Of a DNA stretch of 64,000 bases, positions 8,527 through 17,195 are shown piece by piece (the stretch's first letter is position 1; every line of letters starts with the position of its first letter). The stretch comes from an uncultured Candidatus Saccharibacteria bacterium (lineage in GTDB: Bacteria > Patescibacteriota > Dojkabacteria > SC72), in the NCBI GenBank assembly GCA_964514595.1, contig CAZEQZ010000002.1, positions 250,898 through 314,897 on the forward strand, given 5' to 3'. Made by a program: the position numbers and the translations under genes. The notes beneath the pieces were generated by a model that saw only the letters and a list, made by a program, of their open reading frames with translations, was not told where the DNA came from and made no database searches.

Positions 8527-10967
8527 TGGAAAATATAAATGATAACTACAACAGAACATTCGAAAATAAAGCGTCACAGATGCTGGGGGAACAGGAGAAA
8601 AAGTTCCAAACTCCAGGAGAAAAATATAAAGAATTTCAAGAAAAGATTGCTGTAGAGCCAACCGACAATGGTGACAAAGTTAACTATAATAGATACAACG
8701 AACCAATACCAAAGGATGAAGAGAATAAAAAGAAGAAGAGTCTTCTGTTGGGAATTTTGGATAATCTTTCCGACATGTTTTCTAAAAAAGATAAAAAGAA
8801 AAAGGAAGAGCCTAAGGAAGAAGAAAAAGAGGATGTACAGGAAGAACAAGGACCGGAGGGTGTCGTTTCTTCAGACCTTTCTGTACAAGATATAGTAGCT
8901 CCAATAGATTTGGAAGTTGATTTTAATCATTTGGAGATGGGGGATTATTATTTCAAAACATTATTTGTAAGTGGATATCCTAGATTTGTTGGGCCTAACT
9001 GGCTCTCCCCCATAATAAACTTTGAACACTCTCTTAGAATTAGTACTTTTTACTACCCTGTTGATTCCAAAACTATACTAGAAAAGCTTAAGAAGAAAAT
9101 CGGTGAAATGGAGGCATCTCTATATTCTCAAATGGAGGACAGAAAAGTAGTTGATCCGTCTTTGAAGGTGGCACTTTCCGATGCCCAACAGTTGCAAGAT
9201 TCCATAGCCGAAGGAACTGAGAAGTTTTTCCATTTCTCAATGTATATAACTCTGTATGCAAGAGACAAAGAGCTGTTAGAGAAGATAGGAAGGAACGTAA
9301 CCTCAACATTGGCTGCAATAAATGTGACCGCGAAACCCGCTACACTACAACAAGAGCAAGGTTTTGTAAGTACACAACCCCTAGGTCTAGACAATCTATA
9401 CATAACTAGAAATATGGATACCACCTCCCTTGCTACCACATTTCCATTTGTGACTTCAGAGCTAACAATGGATCACGGAATTATGTATGGACTTAATCTA
9501 CACAACAAGAGTCTTGTCATATTCGATAGGTTTGAATTAGAAAATGCAAATACTGTAGTATTCGCAAAATCTGGTGCAGGTAAGAGCTATTTTGTAAAAC
9601 TGGAAGCTGTCAGAAGCCTTATGCTTGGAACTGAGATCATTATTATAGACCCAGAGAGAGAGTATGAGGATTTGGCTCAAGCTGTAAATGGTGCATATAT
9701 TTCCTTCTCCCAGGATAAAGGGAACAAAATGAATCCTTTCGAGCTTTCAGGAGTTACAGAAGAGGGAGATGATGAATTAAGGATGAAGATGTTAGCACTA
9801 CAGGGATTTTTTAGGGTCCTTTTTGGGGATATTACAAATATTGAAGCCTCTATATTGGATAGGGCTCTAATTCTCACATACAGAGAAAAAGGAATAACAT
9901 TTGATCCTGCAACTCAAACTAAAACTCCTCCTATGCTAGAAGATCTGTACAAAGTCCTAAAGGGCATGGCAGAAACAGAGGCGCATGGACTAGCTAGAAG
10001 GCTTGAAAAATATATCATAGGTAGTGGTGCTGGAGTATTTAATGAGGCAAGCAACTTTGAAATTAACAACCCATTTACAGTATTCAGTATCAGAGATCTA
10101 CAAGAGGAATTGAAACCTTTAGCAATGTACCTAATGCTGGATTTTATATGGACAAAAATTAGGAAAGAGAGAAAGAGAAGACTACTCGTAGTAGACGAGG
10201 CTTGGTATATGATGCAATCGGAAGATTCAGCTAGATTCATGTACTCCATAGCTAAAAGAGCTAGAAAATACTACCTTGGACTATCGACTATAACTCAAGA
10301 TGTTGCAGATTTTCTTAATACAGACATGGGAAGAGCAATAATTTCTAACTCATCTATGCAAATGCTAATGATGCAAAGCCCTACTGCTGTAGAGAAACTA
10401 CAAACCGTGTTCAACCTCTCAGATGGAGAGAAAAATTTCCTTCTAAACTGTGATAAAGGACAAGGGCTATTTTTTGCTGGATCAAACCATGTTGGAATAC
10501 AGGTTCTCTCTAGCGTCGAAGAGCATGAATTAATTACTTCAGATCCTAGAGATTTAGAGAAGTTAAGAGAGAGAAAAGGAACAGAAGAAACCAGAACCTT
10601 AGAAGAGCTCTCTCAAATATATGAACCACCGGCTGAGCAACGACCTTTGAGGGATGGAGGTAATTTGAAGAGACAAGAGCAGGTTATAGAAGAGGCAATA
10701 CGAAGAACAGAGGGTCATAAAAGCTTATTAGAAAAGGAACGAGAACAGTATCAAAGAGAATTGGAGGAAAGATTAAAAGCACAAGAAATGGAGCTTAATC
10801 CTGAGAAATACAAAAGTCAAAAAACTTTCCTGGAAGAACTCAAGGAGGGAACAATATCCGGTCAAGTAGTAAGATCGAGAGAAGATATACAAAGAGGAAA
10901 GAAACATTTAACTCCTCAAGGAGTAATTGAAAGTTATCCATCAGAAGAAAATGGAAGAGAGCAATAA
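8526..10967 (+). CDS. VirB4/TrbE/CagE-family type IV secretion ATPase, main body (NTD remainder plus ATPase domain)
   Basis: 813 aa; VirB4 NTD motif DYYFKTLFVSGYPRFVGPNWL; Walker A FAKSGAGKSY; Walker B LLVVDEAW; K/E-rich low-complexity N-terminal ~110 aa; strong SD GGAGGAG 4 nt upstream. Confidence 0.8.
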   Translation: MENINDNYNRTFENKASQMLGEQEKKFQTPGEKYKEFQEKIAVEPTDNGDKVNYNRYNEPIPKDEENKKKKSLLLGILDNLSDMFSKKDKKKKEEPKEEEKEDVQEEQGPEGVVSSDLSVQDIVAPIDLEVDFNHLEMGDYYFKTLFVSGYPRFVGPNWLSPIINFEHSLRISTFYYPVDSKTILEKLKKKIGEMEASLYSQMEDRKVVDPSLKVALSDAQQLQDSIAEGTEKFFHFSMYITLYARDKELLEKIGRNVTSTLAAINVTAKPATLQQEQGFVSTQPLGLDNLYITRNMDTTSLATTFPFVTSELTMDHGIMYGLNLHNKSLVIFDRFELENANTVVFAKSGAGKSYFVKLEAVRSLMLGTEIIIIDPEREYEDLAQAVNGAYISFSQDKGNKMNPFELSGVTEEGDDELRMKMLALQGFFRVLFGDITNIEASILDRALILTYREKGITFDPATQTKTPPMLEDLYKVLKGMAETEAHGLARRLEKYIIGSGAGVFNEASNFEINNPFTVFSIRDLQEELKPLAMYLMLDFIWTKIRKERKRRLLVVDEAWYMMQSEDSARFMYSIAKRARKYYLGLSTITQDVADFLNTDMGRAIISNSSMQMLMMQSPTAVEKLQTVFNLSDGEKNFLLNCDKGQGLFFAGSNHVGIQVLSSVEEHELITSDPRDLEKLRERKGTEETRTLEELSQIYEPPAEQRPLRDGGNLKRQEQVIEEAIRRTEGHKSLLEKEREQYQRELEERLKAQEMELNPEKYKSQKTFLEELKEGTISGQVVRSREDIQRGKKHLTPQGVIESYPSEENGREQ

Positions 10968-11184
10968 TACACAAAATACAATCAATCTCTCAGACTATCT
11001 GGTAACACAAGCTGTTGATACTAAGACTCTGTCGCAAGACAAGCTTTCTTCCGATCTGGAACAGCTAAGTAAAGCAGAAGAGAAAAGTACATACAAAGCC
11101 AACATAGCTAAGGGTATAGCTAATCCACAGGTAAGGAGAGCTGTATCTGCATTGAAACTTGCGAATCCTTTTAGAGGTTATTAA
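10951..11184 (+). CDS. possible small ORF (77 aa) bridging the convergent virB4 and lon-like genes; may be spurious
   Basis: ORF track 10927..11184; internal Met at 10951 preceded by a purine-rich stretch; overlaps both neighbours; no homology recognised. Confidence 0.2.
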   Translation: MEESNNTQNTINLSDYLVTQAVDTKTLSQDKLSSDLEQLSKAEEKSTYKANIAKGIANPQVRRAVSALKLANPFRGY

Positions 11185-12350
11185 CTGAGAGGACCTTGAT
11201 CAGCTAAAACATACTGATTAAGATTTGAGCTATTAATAACTATTGGCAACTGCTTCCCCTCCACTATCATCCTGGCTGCACTTCTAACCATTGTTGTGAT
11301 ATTTCTTTCTAACTGCCTAATACCCGCATCAAAACCGACAGGTCTGATAACTAGTGGCCATACATCATCTTCAATACGAATATATTCTGAAGAGAGATTT
11401 AGATTTTCCAAAACACGTGGGAGTATATACTGTTTTGCAATTACCTCTTTTTCTTCATCAGAATAGCTGGTAAATCTAATAACCTCTACACGATCAAGGA
11501 GAGCTGCAGACAATCCACCTAAGTTATTTGCCGTACATACAAAGAAGACACCCGATAGATCTATTGGATAATCGATATAGTGATCAATAAAGGTGGCATT
11601 TTGTTCAGGATCTAAAATCTCAAGTAGTGCGGCCATTACATCATTTAACAACCCTGCGTTCCCACTAGACTTCTCTATCTCATCCAACAATATTACAGGG
11701 TTCATAGTACCGCACCTAATTAATGACTTCACTATTTGCCCTGGCTCCGCATCTATAGAATATCTAGGAGTACCTCTTAAAGTTCTAACATCCCCTATTG
11801 CTCCTAAAGAGACTCTTGAGAACTTTCTTCCCATAGATGATGCTATTGACTTTGCAATAGAGGTCTTACCGACACCTTGCAATCCCAGAAAAAGAAAAAC
11901 TGGAGCATTTGCAGAGGAACCCTTCAACATTGCCATATCAACATTCCCCTCCTGCTGATTACTAATTACGCCGGGAACCTGCGAAGGCATGCCTACTCTT
12001 TGTACTCCTCCCATACTCTGAAGTTGCATCGTGGCAAGATAGTCTAGGATTAAATCCTTAATCGTGTCCATTCCGTAGTGTGTTTTGTCCATCAAATTCT
12101 TTGCATTATTCAAATCAAAGCTATCCCTAGATCTAATACCCCAAGGAATCCTGGTAATCCAATCTACATACTTATTCACAGTTTCAAACTCTGCCCCATA
12201 TCCCCCCATCTTAAACATTCTTTTCAACCTATGTACACCTCTCATAGCTTCATCCTTTAGATCTTGGGGCACATTAGAAGATACAAGCTTATTCTCAAGC
12301 TCTATTATCTCATTTAAATTTTCATCAACGACAGAATTAGAGTAATCCAT
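11181..12350 (-). CDS. Lon-homologous AAA+ ATPase lacking the N-terminal LON domain and the C-terminal S16 protease domain
   Basis: 389 aa; YVDWITRIPW…HYGMDTIKDLILDYLA, Walker A GLQGVGKTS, Walker B ILLDEIEK, LEILDPEQNATFIDHY, LLDRVEVIRFTSYSDEEK; all collinear with LonA residues ~250-600; ORF stops right after the AAA+ lid domain. Confidence 0.75.
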   Translation of the reverse strand: MDYSNSVVDENLNEIIELENKLVSSNVPQDLKDEAMRGVHRLKRMFKMGGYGAEFETVNKYVDWITRIPWGIRSRDSFDLNNAKNLMDKTHYGMDTIKDLILDYLATMQLQSMGGVQRVGMPSQVPGVISNQQEGNVDMAMLKGSSANAPVFLFLGLQGVGKTSIAKSIASSMGRKFSRVSLGAIGDVRTLRGTPRYSIDAEPGQIVKSLIRCGTMNPVILLDEIEKSSGNAGLLNDVMAALLEILDPEQNATFIDHYIDYPIDLSGVFFVCTANNLGGLSAALLDRVEVIRFTSYSDEEKEVIAKQYILPRVLENLNLSSEYIRIEDDVWPLVIRPVGFDAGIRQLERNITTMVRSAARMIVEGKQLPIVINSSNLNQYVLADQGPLS

Positions 12351-12399
12351 AAAAGGCAGGTTTAATTATATCTAAAGTGTATATTCACAAGAGAATTAA

Positions 12400-12414
12400 G
12401 TCAAATAATTTGAC
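12400..12414. promoter_or_regulatory. perfect 15-bp palindrome GTCAAATAATTTGAC in the divergent promoter region between the lon-like gene and the surface-protein gene
   Basis: 7-1-7 perfect inverted repeat; candidate operator. Confidence 0.25.
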
Positions 12415-12481
12415 TATTAACTATTGATATTATCCATTTAGCATGATAATCTTTACCTAGATAATATAAACTGCCTTTAAG

Positions 12482-13723
12482 ATGAAAAAACTTAATATAT
12501 TTCTGGCTTCTTTGTTGATAACGCTATTCCCCTTGCAAGTGTTAGCTGCTGTAGACATTACCCTAAAAGATAATTCGACCACTGATGTGATGAGTGTTTC
12601 TGTTACAGTCAACACTGGAACAGACACTCTTGAGAAAATCGTTCTTCCTATTAGATTCTCTGATGGTGTCAGTATAACAGAGGTAAATACAGGAACAATT
12701 AATTGCGATACTTTCGATTATGCCGAGGTTAGAGATATTGTTAAGATCACATGTGAGCTTGGAAGTGCTTCCGAGGTCGATGGGGTGTTAGCAAATATAC
12801 TTTTCTCTTCCACAGAAACAGATTACTATTTTGTAATAGGAGAAGATGATACTGATTTGGACATAGGGGAATTAGAGTTGGGCAATGTTGTAAATGTAGG
12901 AGAGATAGAAGAAGCTGAGGAAATAGATGATGAGGAAACTTTTTTTGAAGAGGATCCTTTACTTATATCTACACAACAAGAAGCTGAAGAAGAGACAGGA
13001 TTTAGCATGGACAAATTAACTGAGTATTTACCGTATGTATTAATAGCTGGATCTGTAGTTCTCCTAATTAGTATAGTCGGAATACTGTTAAGTAGGAAAA
13101 AAGAGTCTGGAACTATCCCTGAAGATTCTACCACACCTAGCCCCGTAGAAACTCCTTCAACGCCAACAGAAGAGCCCACTTTAAAAGATATGGTAAATCA
13201 ACCAGAGGCCGAAGTTGTACAACCAACACCTGAGGTGGCCCAAGAGGTCAGTATGGCAGAAAACGTTTCTATGCCGCAAACACCAGCAGTACCTCCAGTA
13301 ACTGAAGTAGCTACTCCACCTGCTATGAGCTCTCCTACATCTGAGAGTCAGGATTTACAAGACATTTTACAAAGCGAATCAACTGATATGCCACCAGCTC
13401 CACCAATGGTGGAACAAACTTCCCCCGTTATGCCTACACAGGAAGCACCGACTACTCCAGAGGTACCGTTCACAAGCAACCTTGATGTTAATCAACCACC
13501 TGCACAGGCACCTGTTGCACAACCAGAAAATGTAATACCGGAGGCTCCAATGGGAGGCCCTGCTACTGTGGAAGACTTACAAAATAGCATTAATGCAGAG
13601 ATACAAAATATGGGAACACCTCCCGTAGAAGCAACACCCTTAACACAGGCTCCGAATGTAACTGCACCTGCTGATACAACAACTGAGAACGAGGATTATC
13701 CTCCAGTTCCACCAGTAATGTAG
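12482..13723 (+). CDS. surface protein: signal peptide, beta-sandwich-like ectodomain, acidic linker, single TM helix, long Pro/Thr/Glu-rich tail
   Basis: 413 aa; MKKLNIFLASLLITLFPLQVLA signal; TM YLPYVLIAGSVVLLISIVGILLSRKK at ~aa 180-205; last ~200 aa low-complexity P/T/E/A/V-rich. Confidence 0.5.
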   Translation: MKKLNIFLASLLITLFPLQVLAAVDITLKDNSTTDVMSVSVTVNTGTDTLEKIVLPIRFSDGVSITEVNTGTINCDTFDYAEVRDIVKITCELGSASEVDGVLANILFSSTETDYYFVIGEDDTDLDIGELELGNVVNVGEIEEAEEIDDEETFFEEDPLLISTQQEAEEETGFSMDKLTEYLPYVLIAGSVVLLISIVGILLSRKKESGTIPEDSTTPSPVETPSTPTEEPTLKDMVNQPEAEVVQPTPEVAQEVSMAENVSMPQTPAVPPVTEVATPPAMSSPTSESQDLQDILQSESTDMPPAPPMVEQTSPVMPTQEAPTTPEVPFTSNLDVNQPPAQAPVAQPENVIPEAPMGGPATVEDLQNSINAEIQNMGTPPVEATPLTQAPNVTAPADTTTENEDYPPVPPVM

Positions 13724-13732
13724 ATACAGGGA

Positions 13733-14296
13733 TTATTTAAAATTCTTCCACATTTGGCTACCTTTTACTTTGAGGTCTCCAGCATATTTGTTCTTCAAAC
13801 TCTTTGTACCATACGGTCTTTCACATTTTCCATCTAAAACTTCAAAAGCCATTTGAGCTATCTTCATTCCAGGATATATTTTAATAGGTAAAGGAGACAC
13901 ATTTGCTAATTCTAGAGTCATTCTAAGTTTGTTTCCTGGATCAAGAAACCCTGCAGTAGCATGTACTATCAACCCTATTCTTCCAAGAGAACTCTTTCCC
14001 TCCAATCTACCTACATGAGTATCATCCACCCCGGTTATTTCCTTCACATTAGCCAAAACAAATTCCCCTGGATGAATTATAAATCCCTCCTTCTCACTCA
14101 CCTTTATCTCTCTCATCAATTTATCTTGCTTTTTCTTTACATCTATCATTGCAACACTCTCTTTGTTAAAAACTAAAAAGTACTTATCCAAATGCAAATC
14201 ATAGGTAGCAGGTTGTAGAAATTCTTCTGAGAAGGGCTCTATAACTATACTACCATCTTTTATTTTCTCCTTAATAGCTCTGTCTGAGAGTATCAT
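13733..14296 (-). CDS. dcd: dCTP deaminase
   Basis: 187 aa; N-terminus MILSDRAIKEKIKDGSIVIEPF…QPATYDLHL matches Dcd/dUTPase-fold consensus. Confidence 0.85.
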   Translation of the reverse strand: MILSDRAIKEKIKDGSIVIEPFSEEFLQPATYDLHLDKYFLVFNKESVAMIDVKKKQDKLMREIKVSEKEGFIIHPGEFVLANVKEITGVDDTHVGRLEGKSSLGRIGLIVHATAGFLDPGNKLRMTLELANVSPLPIKIYPGMKIAQMAFEVLDGKCERPYGTKSLKNKYAGDLKVKGSQMWKNFK

Positions 14297-14313
14297 AATT
14301 GATAATTATTAAT

Positions 14314-15909
14314 TTAACTTCTATCTACAAACTGATGCTTATCATCTATCTTAGGCTCTATTATCTTCCTTAATAAAGGTCTCCATATTGGGTCTATATA
14401 TGACAAATTTCTTAGCCATTCATACGATAATCGTCTATACGCTATATGCCCCCCATTCTTGGTCCTTAGATTAATGACATATTGAAGATCATCAAAAGAA
14501 CCGTAGAATATATACCTAGTACTATGTCCATGAGGAAGTAAGTATTTTGTAAACTCATCACAAACCTCTTTAGAAAGCGTTTCCTTTGCCATTCTCCTCC
14601 ATTCCTTTATTCTCTCATACGTATCTATTAGTCTAGACTCATACTCCTTCCTGAGTTTGGAAAGAGAAGGAATATCTAAATAATCACACAAATAGAAGCA
14701 CTGATCATTTCTTCTATCTAATTCTTGATCCATATCTATCTGATCATGAAATATTGGAATAAATCTCTCCATACTTCTATGCCTATTCAAATCTTTCAAT
14801 GTTCCTAAGGTAGCAAAACCCTCTATCTTAACAGCTCCGGATTGCCCTATATTTCCCATCGTATTATGTTGATCGTGCTTTTCGAAGATGATTTCTCCTA
14901 TCTCTTCCTGATCCAACTCTGAGAACTCAAATTCGTTTTTTGAACCCAATGGATTAATCAAGGCTTCGTAGTGGGAAATTAATGCCTCCATACAATCAGG
15001 AGAATAAGATACCTTTATTCCCTCTAATTCACTTTCAGGAAGATTAGACAGCTGCTCGGTAGACATTTCCTGCTTTAAATATTTTACTACTTCCTCGGTT
15101 GAACTCTTTCTACAACTATTAGAATCTGTGTGCCTTATCAAACCATCAGCCTCCCGCACATATCCCCTAGCCTCCAAAGAGGATTCTCCCAAAAGGTTGA
15201 GAAGAAAATCTGCCAACGAATTATCCACTACAGAATCACTAGAACAAAGATAGCTTATCATATCAGACCAATTTCTAGCAGACATAAGATATGCAGAACT
15301 AGTATTGAGCCCATATGGCAATAGATATCTTGCTACATCGAATGATCTTGCCTTCAAAGAGGATACTTCCTGAGAGCTTTCACTGTTTATTCTAAAATAT
15401 TTTTCTAACGCGCCTTTCGTAATGGACAATAACTCTCTGTAATCCTTCATCTGCTTTAGAATAATTCTTTCATACTCCCTACTCACCTCATTATTATCAC
15501 AGACCTCCCTTGGTATTTTTATAAATTCAGGATTTCTAAAATCTTGATACCTAGTGGACCTCTCTTGCCCAGAAACAACTGAATTTATATAGAAGATTTT
15601 CATTGCTGTATACATCGGGATATTCTCTATGCACACAAATAGGTCTGCCATATCTCCAACAGACTTATGCCCATACCCAGAGAATATCTTTTCCAATCTC
15701 TCAGCAGCATCTGTACCACTTTTAATAATCTCATTTGCGATATCGATTATAGAGTCTGCAGATCTACTATACCTTGCCCCTAAATATGCATTTATGGAGG
15801 GTTGCTTAGATTCACAATTTTGAAGAAGAGTATGTACCTTGAATTTATTCCACATATCTTCTGACCTTACGGTGGCAATGTGTAGATCTTTCCTAAAACT
15901 TAACTTCAT
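14314..15909 (-). CDS. thyX: flavin-dependent thymidylate synthase ThyX, tandem (pseudo-dimeric) two-domain form
   Basis: 531 aa; first half HKSVGDMADLFVCIENIPMYTAMKIFYINSVVSGQERSTRY aligns with ThyX HETPFEH…RHRxxSxxxxSxRY, with RHR replaced; second half has NRHRS and LPHGHSTRYIFYGSFDDLQYVINLRTKNGGH (ThyX C-terminal motif). Confidence 0.65.
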   Translation of the reverse strand: MKLSFRKDLHIATVRSEDMWNKFKVHTLLQNCESKQPSINAYLGARYSRSADSIIDIANEIIKSGTDAAERLEKIFSGYGHKSVGDMADLFVCIENIPMYTAMKIFYINSVVSGQERSTRYQDFRNPEFIKIPREVCDNNEVSREYERIILKQMKDYRELLSITKGALEKYFRINSESSQEVSSLKARSFDVARYLLPYGLNTSSAYLMSARNWSDMISYLCSSDSVVDNSLADFLLNLLGESSLEARGYVREADGLIRHTDSNSCRKSSTEEVVKYLKQEMSTEQLSNLPESELEGIKVSYSPDCMEALISHYEALINPLGSKNEFEFSELDQEEIGEIIFEKHDQHNTMGNIGQSGAVKIEGFATLGTLKDLNRHRSMERFIPIFHDQIDMDQELDRRNDQCFYLCDYLDIPSLSKLRKEYESRLIDTYERIKEWRRMAKETLSKEVCDEFTKYLLPHGHSTRYIFYGSFDDLQYVINLRTKNGGHIAYRRLSYEWLRNLSYIDPIWRPLLRKIIEPKIDDKHQFVDRS

Positions 15910-15921
15910 TATTTATCTAGA

Positions 15922-17151
15922 TTAACTTATACCAGGTATCGGGAATTTAGAAGAAAACTTCTTCACTTCCTTTTTAAGTGATACCAGAGAATTCTCATCT
16001 ATTCCTTTTTTTAATGAAGAATCTATATATTCTGCTATCTTAATCATCTCTTTCTCTTTCATTCCTCTAGTCGTAATAGCGGGAGTACCAATCCTAACAC
16101 CAGATGGATCCCAAGGCTTCCTAGGATCATTTGGTATTGCATTCTTATTTAACGTAATATTTACCTTCTCTAGTAGCGTTGATGCCTCCTCTCCAGCCAT
16201 CCCTACAGAATTGACAACATCAACAAGAAATAGATGATTATCTGTCCCTCCAGATATTATTTTGTACCCTCTTTTAGAAAGCTCCTCTGAGAGAACTTTA
16301 GCATTGGTTATAACTTGCTTGGAGTATCTTTTAAATTCCTTTGTACTAGCTTCCTTCAATGCTACAGCTATACCTGCCGTAATATGATTATGTGGCCCTC
16401 CCTGAAGACCTGGGAAAACCGCTTTATCTATTCTTTCGCCTAACTCATTATTTGTCATTATAATAGCTCCCCTAGGGCCTCTAAGGGTCTTATGTGTAGT
16501 TGTAGTCACTACATCAGCTATACCTACGGGGGAAGGATACAAGCCCGTAGCTACTAATCCAGCTACATGAGCTATATCTGCAACTAAATATGCTCCCACC
16601 TCATCTGCTATATCTTTGAATTTCTTCCAATCAATAATTCTAGAATATGCCGAAAATCCAGCCCATATTAATTTAGGCCTATGCTCCTGAGCTATCTTAA
16701 GAACTTCATCGTAGTCAATATATCCATCCCCGTTCACACCATAGCTTCTAGAGTTATAGTATTTACCCGATATTGAAACTTTAAAACCATGAGTTAAATG
16801 GCCACCAGAATCTAGTGCCATACCTAATGTCCTATCCCCTGGTTCTAATAGTGCGAAATGAACAGCTAAATTAGCTGGAGAGCCCGAATATGGTTGCACA
16901 TTAACATATTCTGCTTTAAAAAGCTCTTTTGCTCTCTGTATAGCCTCTCTCTCTATCTCATCAATAAATTCATTCCCCTTGTAGTATCTTTTACCTGGAT
17001 ATCCTTCCGAATACTTATTAGTTAGTATGGAGCCCATACACTTGAGGACATCTTTAGAGACATAGTTTTCCGAAGCTATAAGCTCTATACCCTCTATCTG
17101 TCTCTTTGATTCTTTCTGAATTAACTCGTGTATCTTCTTGTCTTCAACCAT
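15922..17151 (-). CDS. glyA: serine hydroxymethyltransferase
   Basis: 409 aa; PLP-lysine motif VTTTTHKTLRGPRGA; full-length SHMT. Confidence 0.95.
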   Translation of the reverse strand: MVEDKKIHELIQKESKRQIEGIELIASENYVSKDVLKCMGSILTNKYSEGYPGKRYYKGNEFIDEIEREAIQRAKELFKAEYVNVQPYSGSPANLAVHFALLEPGDRTLGMALDSGGHLTHGFKVSISGKYYNSRSYGVNGDGYIDYDEVLKIAQEHRPKLIWAGFSAYSRIIDWKKFKDIADEVGAYLVADIAHVAGLVATGLYPSPVGIADVVTTTTHKTLRGPRGAIIMTNNELGERIDKAVFPGLQGGPHNHITAGIAVALKEASTKEFKRYSKQVITNAKVLSEELSKRGYKIISGGTDNHLFLVDVVNSVGMAGEEASTLLEKVNITLNKNAIPNDPRKPWDPSGVRIGTPAITTRGMKEKEMIKIAEYIDSSLKKGIDENSLVSLKKEVKKFSSKFPIPGIS

Positions 17152-17195
17152 ACTGATGTATTTTACAGGATATATCGGGGTAAATAAATATAATA

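Noticed and set aside
8574-8895. ORFs 8574-8849 (-) and 8668-8895 (+) inside virB4
   Set aside because: They lie within the Lys/Glu-rich low-complexity region of VirB4. Their poly-F/L or poly-K/R composition is the signature of out-of-frame or antisense reading of AAG/GAA repeats.
7891-10967. VirB4 as a frameshifted pseudogene
   Set aside because: The two ORFs meet at a TAATG overlap with a strong GGAGGAG Shine-Dalgarno embedded in the upstream ORF's last codons. Both parts retain conserved motifs. A coupled two-cistron arrangement is favoured, though a sequencing indel cannot be excluded without reads.
5436-13723. Accessory block as an integrated mobile element (ICE/prophage)
   Set aside because: No integrase, recombinase, relaxase or transposase gene is present. 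No tRNA or direct-repeat boundaries were found, and GC content matches the flanks.
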